From positions 1 through 29,554 of the forward strand of contig CAZLEV010000027.1 in the NCBI GenBank assembly GCA_964558645.1: 29,554 bases of DNA, given 5' to 3'. The notes under the pieces were generated by a model. The model was not told the DNA's origin, ran no database searches, and saw only the letters and a program-made list of their open reading frames with translations. Both the position numbers and the translations under genes were made by a program. This document shows, piece by piece, positions 20,056 to 28,170 of this stretch (its first letter is position 1; each line of letters opens with the position of its first letter). The DNA comes from an uncultured archaeon (GTDB lineage: Archaea > Asgardarchaeota > Thorarchaeia > Thorarchaeales > Thorarchaeaceae).

Positions 20056-21204
20056 ATGAACAGTGATGCTGGAAAAGGCAGGTGCAAGGACACCATACAG
20101 GATGCCCTAGAAGGTGTGAGAACGGCACAGGAGTTGCTCGGTTCCAACGAGAACAACAAGACGGGTCTTCGGGCATCGATTCTTGAGTACTTGCAGAACC
20201 TTTCAGAATCACTAAGGAATCTTGAGGCTGAATGGGATTCCGTAGACCATGCTTCAGAAAGTCATGCCCTGACGGTTCACAAGCTTAGAGTCAGTCAACA
20301 CCAAAGAACACCCTTAGATATTGGTAAGATGATTCTTCATTACAGATTATGGGAGAATCAGAATTCCAGTGAGAAGTTGTCTGAAGAGAGCCAGTTCGCT
20401 GAGCTCTTGATGGATGACATTTTCCAAGAGCTGGGTATCGAATCCATTCCTGAGGTTGTCTTTGGTGGCTCCTTTCAAGCCATCGACTTTGGGCCCCTTT
20501 GCCTAGTTATCATACCCTATACTTTCTATCGCAGGTATGACAGATGGGGCGCCATATCGCATGAGATTGGTCACCTCTACTATCGCAGACATCCCATTGA
20601 CCCTGACCAACTAGTCATCCTAGCAGAACGCCTAAGCGAGAGAATCCCACAGGCCTATACCTCAGAGCGACAGAAGGATATCGAGAATATGCTGGGGAAT
20701 TGGGTGTTTTGGTGGAGTTCAGAGTTGCTCTCTGACTTGGTCGGAGTGTCCATCTTCGGCTTACTCTATCTTCTAGACCTGAACCAACTTGACAATAGGT
20801 TGAACTTCTCCACGGTATCTCGGTCACATCCTCCCACAAGCCTCCGACTAGCATGCATTCGAGTATTCTTGGAGATGAAAGGTGTGAAGCTGCCGGAATC
20901 AGATGATATCTTCGAAAGCGATGAACCTATCCCTCAATGGATTGATGAAGTTGCCTACTCTCTTCTTGAGAAAGAGATAGCTCCAGTGTTCATCGAATGG
21001 GCAATGGATCAAGATGCCTACTGTGACATGATCCTGAACTGGCAAGCCATATTGGAGCTTGGCAGTAGTGAGATTCCATCCGATACGAGCCTAAGCACCA
21101 TCTTTGCTGCCTTAGGCATCGCGTCAGTCCATCATGATGTGGAGGACATATTCCAGCAACTCAAAAGGAAACTCAAGGATAAGGGCAGGCTACCTAGGAC
21201 ATAA
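20056..21204 (+). CDS. putative zincin metallopeptidase (HExxH)
   Basis: ISHEIGH, downstream ELLSD (ExxxD) and SHPP...R, a gluzincin/M48-like arrangement. Confidence 0.7.
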   Translation: MNSDAGKGRCKDTIQDALEGVRTAQELLGSNENNKTGLRASILEYLQNLSESLRNLEAEWDSVDHASESHALTVHKLRVSQHQRTPLDIGKMILHYRLWENQNSSEKLSEESQFAELLMDDIFQELGIESIPEVVFGGSFQAIDFGPLCLVIIPYTFYRRYDRWGAISHEIGHLYYRRHPIDPDQLVILAERLSERIPQAYTSERQKDIENMLGNWVFWWSSELLSDLVGVSIFGLLYLLDLNQLDNRLNFSTVSRSHPPTSLRLACIRVFLEMKGVKLPESDDIFESDEPIPQWIDEVAYSLLEKEIAPVFIEWAMDQDAYCDMILNWQAILELGSSEIPSDTSLSTIFAALGIASVHHDVEDIFQQLKRKLKDKGRLPRT

Positions 21205-21482
21205 CGAGCGGCATCGACTTCATCGTTTTGCACAGAGTGGACCGTGTCATTGATAGAGCAAATGCACAAGAGAGATGACAGCTAGGTTTGTTCTGAACTT
21301 TGACGGAGTTTCGCGTGTGCTACACGAGCACAGACTACCTGAGAGGAAATCATGGTTTGAAGGGTCGTCGATTGCACGAGTGGCATACCTAGTCAGGGGT
21401 TATCGAGTATGTGCGCCATTTCTTACCTATAGTTCAGTGGAGTTGCCCATGCAATACGTCAAGCGTTAGCGGAAAGTACTTC

Positions 21483-22343
21483 TCACCGTCGTTCAATTCG
21501 CGGTGCCATGGCCAGTGTGACCTTCCCGGTCCGAGCAACCAGCGGCTGCTCCGCGGCATACTCCAGTGTGACCTGCAGGGTATCAGGCACGAAGTGCGAA
21601 ACCAGATCGAGCAGTCGCAGGGCATAGAACGCCCTGACCTCTCGAAACTCTAGCTCATCATCCTCTTCCTCTCGGAACCCGAGGTTCTCCACACCCAGCA
21701 ACCCCTCGCTTCGGTGCAGGAAGACTGTTTCATCCTCTCCACTCTCGCCAGCATAGACGAAGGAGAAGTCCCCCTGAGTGCTCGTGACCAAGTACGCATG
21801 GTCGAACTGCTTCTTGCTCCGCAGCATCGACCTGAAGGCCTTCCCCGTCATCCGGATCCGCGCCTCGTGCTTGAGACGTGGGGCCTTAGCGGGCTCCACT
21901 GAACCATCAAGCAGGGTGACCCGTCCGACGCCATCCTCGCCCTCGACTTCCATTACACTCTCCCCGATACGGATGCTCAGCCGATTGGTACACAGCTTCA
22001 GCGCGTTCTTCAGCTCTGACAGGCCGACAGCCACAGTCCGTTCTTCGCTGATCGTGTACCGTTTGAACCAGTCTGCAGGGATGTCCACACTGATGTAGCA
22101 GGTGCGCTCAGAGTTCAACTGGGAGAGATGTATTCCCTCTCTGTCCAGCATGAAGATGCCCTCATAGAGGAGTTTCTCCAACCCTCTGATGATTCCAGCG
22201 AATTTCCGCACCTTGAACCGTCCGATGAACAGAATCCGTGTCCCCTGCTCTCCCGTAACCGAAGCTGTCATGAGGTCATGTCCTCTCTTGCACCTATAAT
22301 GTCCCCAGAAAACTGATTGTACAGGGAACTGATTCCACGACAT
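21483..22343 (-). CDS. pcna: divergent PCNA (DNA sliding clamp) homolog
   Basis: LLYEGIFMLDREGIHLSQLNSERTCYISVDIPADWFKRY...VAVGLSELKNALK...FYALRLL...LEYAAEQPL...LAMAPRIE follows the archaeal PCNA pattern end to end. Confidence 0.88.
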   Translation of the reverse strand: MSWNQFPVQSVFWGHYRCKRGHDLMTASVTGEQGTRILFIGRFKVRKFAGIIRGLEKLLYEGIFMLDREGIHLSQLNSERTCYISVDIPADWFKRYTISEERTVAVGLSELKNALKLCTNRLSIRIGESVMEVEGEDGVGRVTLLDGSVEPAKAPRLKHEARIRMTGKAFRSMLRSKKQFDHAYLVTSTQGDFSFVYAGESGEDETVFLHRSEGLLGVENLGFREEEDDELEFREVRAFYALRLLDLVSHFVPDTLQVTLEYAAEQPLVARTGKVTLAMAPRIERR

Positions 22344-22349
22344 ATCCTC

Positions 22350-25300
22350 TCAACGTCCATTGACTCTATTCGAGTCGTCACGGATCTGTCGCTCAAGGGC
22401 TCGCATCTTGGTGGTCAGGGTATCTACAGTGATATTCTCTCCACGTTTTCGGAGCTGCTCCAAGAGCCCTCTCGATTCCTCAAGGTCTCTCCTAGTCTCA
22501 TCCTGACGTTCAATGTCAAGATGAAGGAGGCAGTGGGCCCTGAGGATGAGTCCTCTCGCAAGAGCCTGAAGGACGATGATGTCGATCAGGTTCTCCTCCC
22601 TGAGCAGACTGACCCCCTCCTCTAGGAGCTGCAGCGCCTCCGTCAGATGCCCCCTCTCAGCGCGAAACTGACCGTAGTCGATCAGCGTCTTTGCTAGATA
22701 CTTCAGCTCCTCAGGCGCCTCTAGAGCTTCCTCTCTATATTCTGTGATGACTTCTTCGTAATCCCTCGCGAGTACATCGTCCTCATTTACGGCCATGTCA
22801 GAGAGATCCGCTCCCTCACGGATTGCCTTGAGCGCCTCCTGTACCTCCCCCTGATTCTCAAGAGAGTACGGCCAGGCCCTGAACTCCTCATGGTCAAGTA
22901 CCTCAAGGAGTTCCTCTACCCCCTCAGCGGTGAGACTGATAGACTCCACCCGCTTCAATGAGCCATCCCTCTCCACCCTGCTGATGACCAGGGTAGACTC
23001 CTCCACTCCGTGCTGGACCTCCCCTCTGCATATCGGAGGTGTGTCCCTCCAGCCACGACTCTCCAGCTCATCCCTGAGCTCTGCCATTGAGTCCTCCAAC
23101 CCATCAAGATGTCCGAGAGGCACCACAGCGGCGACGTCTTGCTTGAACGCCTCGAGGACGGTATCAACGCTGGAACTAGGATCAGGCTGAAACGTATAGG
23201 TCTGGTCCAGCCATGCTCGCCGAGAGGAGAGTTCCACGATGCTCCACGTCAGCCGGTCTTCGCGTGAGACATAGCTCCACCGGACACCCCACGAGCCACG
23301 ACTCCAGTCGAAGGCATCCCGATCCACCTCTGCCAGTGCATGAGAGAGGGCAGGATACCGTTCCACCTGTGACGCACTGAGGTCCAAGTGGCCTGACACG
23401 TCCAGCTCCACCTCGTGGCGAAGCCGGTTTTTTGTGTCGATGAGCTGTTCGCACTCGGCAAGGAGCCCCACCTCGTACAGAGAGGGAGAGGCCTCTTCGA
23501 GGGATCTGAGGGGTGAGTCATCCTCCAGTCCCTGAAGCTGCAGCCGAAACCCGCTTCCACTCCTCTCAGTCCATATCGTCAGCGTCACATCCCCGCCCGC
23601 CGATGCGGCCAACAACTCAGCGCAGCTCTCTGGATAGGAGTAGTGGTCAGGGAGAAACCTGCTCTTCAAGACCAGCGGGATGAGGCAGGTCAGGGAGTCA
23701 TCCGTGTACGTGATGTCCTCTTTGTGGTCCCACGTGACCGCCCCGGCAGCAGTGTCGTATCCAACCCCTCTTCGGATGGGATAGCGGAGGACCCCCACCA
23801 GCTCATCAGTGTCGCTGAACTCCTCCTCCACAGAGATGCCATCCCCCGTGAACTGGACCACATACACCCCTCGACGAGGATCCACAGAGACCTCCAGCTT
23901 GACAGGCGTGACGGGTCTCTCTAGCTGGCCAAGCTCGCGAAGATACTGGTCCACTGCCTGACCGGGGTCACTGTCTGGTGTTGGCGGGATGAGCAGACCC
24001 TGGGTGATATCGGGGACCGTGAAGGGATCAGTGACCCTCAGCCAGGGAATGGTTCGCTGGTTCTTGTCGGGGTATCCGTGGGTGAGGAGGTACGGCCACC
24101 ACTCATCATCCTCACTGGGCAGCCAAAGTATCCTGTGCTCAGCCACATCCGAAAGCATGATGGTCGTGCGTTCCTCCGAGCTTAGAGCACTCCTCGAGTA
24201 CTCCCTCAGTGAGCCTGCGTCCATGTCACATCGATACCACCTCGGTCGGAGAGACGCATCGGCCCCGGTGGTGACCAAGCCTGAGACCATCTCTCCCCGC
24301 TGGTCAGGAAACACCAGGAGGCCTTTGCTGCTATCTCCCTCCTCCCACCAGATGATCTGGCCGGTGGATGCCTGTGAGAGGGAGGTCTCCGGGATGTTCC
24401 GGTCAGATAGAGTCCGTGCGCGGGACCGGAGGCTCCGGTAGATCGTATGCAGGTCGTACTTCGAGGTGACGCTGCTATCCCTCGAGCGAAGTCCCATCTG
24501 GTAGAACGTCCACTCAGCCACCGCTGCCCACAGCGTCTCGTAGTGACAAGAGTTCTCCTCCTGCGCAGCCGCGCAGACCATAAGGAACAGGTTGTTCCCA
24601 TACAGCAAAAGAGCATCCGGAATCTCTTTTGTGATGGTCTCCAGACGTTTCCTGTTGTCGGAGTTCAGGAGGTCGAGAAGCTGCTCCCGTCCGGGTCGGA
24701 GACTCTCCCAGACCTGAGATAGGGATGTCTCTGAGAGGATGATATCTCGGACCAAGGACAGGGTATCCAAGTAGGCATCGCCATCCCCAGTGTCTTCAGA
24801 GTCTGAGAGGACATCCTGACAGAGGTCGGCAATCTCCTCGCAGACACCCTTGAGGGTCCTGCCTAGGGGTCGTGCTGCCAAGTATCTTGCAGTTGTGAGG
24901 AAACGCTTGAGTTCCCATCTCCGTGTGCTACAGCTGTCAAGAGTCACAGCATCCAATTCAGAAGGAACTGGTGGGCGACAGAGGCTACGAGGCCGGGCAG
25001 GTATCTCAGGCCGGGGTGTGGGGTTCCGTTCATAGAACCACCGCCGTGTGATCTTCCCAGACTCCACATACCTGTCCTTAGAGCGTACGGGGTCTGGAGG
25101 CGGTCGAGCCGGTTGGAATCGGAAACGTTGCCGCTGGGTACTTGCCCTTGCGGAGCTGATACCTTGCACCAGTATCTGCGGAATCTCCAGTGCCTCCTGC
25201 GGTTGCTGTTCGTGGCCGTCTCTCGCACGGTATAGACTCGGAACCAGACTGCAGGACTGCTCCATGACCCTGTCCAGGGTGTCCATGGTTAGGTTCCCCA

Positions 25301-27974
25301 GCCCGGACTGGATAGAGGAGAGATTGATGCTCCGCGCATACATCCTGGAGTCGTTCACCACGTGCCTTGCCACATCATCCTGTGAGAGTGACCCATGCCT
25401 TGAGGAGGCCCCCCGGAATCGCTCTGCTGCACCCACGAGGTGAGGGACGTGGATGGTGGTCCTCCACGGAAGTGCCGATGTGGGAGTGTCCTGTACGATG
25501 ACTCGCACGTCTTCGCGCCAGGGCGTAAGGTTGCCGAAGATACGCGGAGGAGACGGGAGGTTATAGATCACCTCGTCAAGGTGCGTCCTGCGGGGAGAGT
25601 CGTGGCGGAAAGGTTTGATGCATCCTCGCTGACAGTCTGCGGAGGTCAGGGTATCCTCAGTACCGGTATCGATCCAGATGATGTTCGTGTCTGTGGAGGG
25701 GAGCGTATCCAGTAGCTGCACTTCCAGGGTGCGGAGGAGATGGCGGGAGTGGGTTGGAATCATCTTACGCAGTTCATCCCACCCGTCCACAACGATGATC
25801 TTCTCGCCCTCGGTCTCAACAGCATTGCAGATAGTGGTTAGCATGCCCTCTATCGACTGGTTCTCGCCCCTCAGGAGTTTCTCTGTGTGAACATGAAGGT
25901 CAACGAAGGAGATGGCCTCGACCTCAGCTACCAGCTCGCCGTGTTCCGACCGGGATATCCTCTTCTCGGCAAGGAGTCTGTCAAGTCCAAACCGCAGGTT
26001 GGTCAGCTGGCCGGTCTGGTAGTCCCCAAGCAAATCCAGCCAAAACACACCTATCTCTTGCGATGAGGCCTCTCTGCACTCTCTTATGTGGTGGAGAAGA
26101 TGCCAGTTCGATGACTGCCATGCGGACGTCTTACCTGATGAGGTCGGAGTGGGAACGGACACGTAGACCGTGAGTATGCGGTCGTCTGTAATGCGATCTG
26201 CAAAGGGGTCCTCGGAGACCAACTCAGCCGGAGGGGCTCTCTGAGAGAGGATTCTATCAGGGCCTGCGTCTGGCAGAAGGAGCAGCGCCACCCGGGGAGA
26301 AGGCAAGATACTGTCTGTATCAAGCACCTGTGAGATAGTCTTTGGTGGGGCCTGGAAAGTGTCACCTGTCAGTTCCACCAGCAGGTTTTCGATGAGAGTC
26401 TGAAATGCTGAGTATGCATCAATGGGAATCTGGTCAGCATCCAGGACGATGACCCCCTTCCAGAGAGAGGTGGGCGGTGTCGGGTCGAAGTCCGCCGTGC
26501 GCTTGTACTCCCTGATGATGGCCTGTTCGTACGCATCGAGCTGACCTTTTGTGCTCTTCTTCGGCGGTGATGTGAGCAATGCATTCCACTCGCCCCCTGT
26601 GAGTGCCCTCTTCCACGCAAAGAAGGCGGGCGCATACTCGTTCTCCTCTCTGCTCCCCACCTCAACACCGTAGAGGTTGATATCGAAGGCACTCTTGGTC
26701 TTGACCTCAAGAATCATGATCGGTGTCCAGATGGTCCGCTTCTCGAGCTCTCGGCGGAGGAAGAACACGAGGTCAGCCTGTCCCCGTCGTGAGTCTACGG
26801 GAAGCTCTGCGACAGCCAAGACGGAGGAGGGCTGGTCCAACATGGTGTCCCCGGCAAAGACCACCTGCTTCAGTGAGGCAGGGTGGTGGAAGCCCGAGAG
26901 GAGGATCCTGTGCCAGCGGTTGCCCTCCTGTGAAGTCGATGAGGAGAGCTGGTCAGTGAGCTTGTCGGCATCCCGTTCCACCACAGTCCCGGCATCGATC
27001 TGGTCCTTCATGCTCTGATAGAGTGTCATCTCGCCCTCATCCACCGTCTTTTGCGGGAGACATTTTACCGCCTTACGGATATCCCCAAGAGTGATTGGCG
27101 ATGGTATATCTAGGGACCGAGTGATCGACTGTCTCTGCCCGGCATGAAGTCCGTACAACGCTCTGATCTCCAGTACGATCTCTCGGAGTTCCCTGTTGGC
27201 ATCCCGGTTGAAGTTGGGTCGGCCTGTGGCCCTCTCAGTGTAGACCCAGTCGAGGAAGGGCCGCAGCCGGTGGATCAGGAGTCGGATGTAGCGGTGTGCC
27301 TCAGTGCGAGGAACGCTGTAGATGAAGCACTGCCTGCAGAGCTCGACGACGTGGGCGCGGATCATGTCGACAAAATCAAGGCTTGGGAGGGTGGGGTGCG
27401 CAAGGTAGACCTGCGGGGTCTTTGTTGTCCCGCTGTAACCGGCCTTCCAGGAGATCTCGGTGTTCTTGTCGAAGTCATCTGGCGGGTACAGACCCTTGGC
27501 CTTCAGCCGGTTGACGAGGGCTAGAGAATAGACCTTCACCGTGCCATCCGGGAACCTTGCTATCTGGAAGACCCGTGGTTCAGGGAATGGGTACCGTGTC
27601 ATGGCCAGGTCACGGAGTCGTGCTCCCGCGTAGTTCAGCAAGGCATTCAGGGGCCCCACTGTCCCCTCAGTCCAGTCGTAGACCCGCTTGAGTTCCGTGT
27701 TACCGTAGGGTACGGTGCTGTGCCACACGAACTGAAGAAACGACTTCCGCATGTTTGGCTCGGTGTTGTTGAGAACCAGATAGTCCTGCCTCTTACCTTC
27801 TTGAGCCCTCAGTGCAGCGCGGACAGCATCCCACATCTTTGAGGCAGAGCAATGGTACTTCGCGAGGCCGCCACTGGCTCTAGGGCCAAGGAGGTTGACA
27901 AGGGCCATGAGACCAGCATGCTTCGCTCTCCCCAGCACAACATTCGGGCGAAGTAATCGCGGTCTGCGTCCCAT
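22350..27974 (-). CDS. giant multidomain protein: diverged Cas1 catalytic domain + Cas4/RecB-like PD-(D/E)XK nuclease + P-loop-like domain + unknown region + TPR-like tail
   Basis: Cas1-like E72...KR...PLNALLNY(110)...GLYP...H193-PTLPSL-D200-FV-D203-MIR; nuclease GNRWH...E390...GQAD401...E423VK...Q478LDAY; PTSSGK615TS and IIVVD730GWDE. Confidence 0.75.
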   Translation of the reverse strand: MGRRPRLLRPNVVLGRAKHAGLMALVNLLGPRASGGLAKYHCSASKMWDAVRAALRAQEGKRQDYLVLNNTEPNMRKSFLQFVWHSTVPYGNTELKRVYDWTEGTVGPLNALLNYAGARLRDLAMTRYPFPEPRVFQIARFPDGTVKVYSLALVNRLKAKGLYPPDDFDKNTEISWKAGYSGTTKTPQVYLAHPTLPSLDFVDMIRAHVVELCRQCFIYSVPRTEAHRYIRLLIHRLRPFLDWVYTERATGRPNFNRDANRELREIVLEIRALYGLHAGQRQSITRSLDIPSPITLGDIRKAVKCLPQKTVDEGEMTLYQSMKDQIDAGTVVERDADKLTDQLSSSTSQEGNRWHRILLSGFHHPASLKQVVFAGDTMLDQPSSVLAVAELPVDSRRGQADLVFFLRRELEKRTIWTPIMILEVKTKSAFDINLYGVEVGSREENEYAPAFFAWKRALTGGEWNALLTSPPKKSTKGQLDAYEQAIIREYKRTADFDPTPPTSLWKGVIVLDADQIPIDAYSAFQTLIENLLVELTGDTFQAPPKTISQVLDTDSILPSPRVALLLLPDAGPDRILSQRAPPAELVSEDPFADRITDDRILTVYVSVPTPTSSGKTSAWQSSNWHLLHHIRECREASSQEIGVFWLDLLGDYQTGQLTNLRFGLDRLLAEKRISRSEHGELVAEVEAISFVDLHVHTEKLLRGENQSIEGMLTTICNAVETEGEKIIVVDGWDELRKMIPTHSRHLLRTLEVQLLDTLPSTDTNIIWIDTGTEDTLTSADCQRGCIKPFRHDSPRRTHLDEVIYNLPSPPRIFGNLTPWREDVRVIVQDTPTSALPWRTTIHVPHLVGAAERFRGASSRHGSLSQDDVARHVVNDSRMYARSINLSSIQSGLGNLTMDTLDRVMEQSCSLVPSLYRARDGHEQQPQEALEIPQILVQGISSARASTQRQRFRFQPARPPPDPVRSKDRYVESGKITRRWFYERNPTPRPEIPARPRSLCRPPVPSELDAVTLDSCSTRRWELKRFLTTARYLAARPLGRTLKGVCEEIADLCQDVLSDSEDTGDGDAYLDTLSLVRDIILSETSLSQVWESLRPGREQLLDLLNSDNRKRLETITKEIPDALLLYGNNLFLMVCAAAQEENSCHYETLWAAVAEWTFYQMGLRSRDSSVTSKYDLHTIYRSLRSRARTLSDRNIPETSLSQASTGQIIWWEEGDSSKGLLVFPDQRGEMVSGLVTTGADASLRPRWYRCDMDAGSLREYSRSALSSEERTTIMLSDVAEHRILWLPSEDDEWWPYLLTHGYPDKNQRTIPWLRVTDPFTVPDITQGLLIPPTPDSDPGQAVDQYLRELGQLERPVTPVKLEVSVDPRRGVYVVQFTGDGISVEEEFSDTDELVGVLRYPIRRGVGYDTAAGAVTWDHKEDITYTDDSLTCLIPLVLKSRFLPDHYSYPESCAELLAASAGGDVTLTIWTERSGSGFRLQLQGLEDDSPLRSLEEASPSLYEVGLLAECEQLIDTKNRLRHEVELDVSGHLDLSASQVERYPALSHALAEVDRDAFDWSRGSWGVRWSYVSREDRLTWSIVELSSRRAWLDQTYTFQPDPSSSVDTVLEAFKQDVAAVVPLGHLDGLEDSMAELRDELESRGWRDTPPICRGEVQHGVEESTLVISRVERDGSLKRVESISLTAEGVEELLEVLDHEEFRAWPYSLENQGEVQEALKAIREGADLSDMAVNEDDVLARDYEEVITEYREEALEAPEELKYLAKTLIDYGQFRAERGHLTEALQLLEEGVSLLREENLIDIIVLQALARGLILRAHCLLHLDIERQDETRRDLEESRGLLEQLRKRGENITVDTLTTKMRALERQIRDDSNRVNGR

Positions 27975-28003
27975 GATACTTCTAGAGTCTTATGTCAAGT
28001 TTA

Positions 28004-28012
28004 CTTATAAAT
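28004..28012 (-). promoter_or_regulatory. putative TATA box for the Cas1-fusion/PCNA operon
   Basis: ATTTATAAG on the minus strand about 30-38 bp upstream of the ATG at 27974, in an AT-rich intergenic region. Confidence 0.55.
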
Positions 28013-28170
28013 AGACTGTGACCAAACAGAGGTTATGAAAAAGGCTTATGATGGCTTATTTTGGCTAAAAAACGTCCCATAATTCTCTATTTGGCTATTC
28101 GTCTTGATACACTTAAAAGTGTTAATGAGATTATATTGTCGGACCCAGACAGAAGAGAGGTGCACGATTG

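Noticed and set aside
19664-20066. Short overlapping ORFs on both strands
   Set aside because: No motifs or clear RBS; cannot tell which, if any, is real
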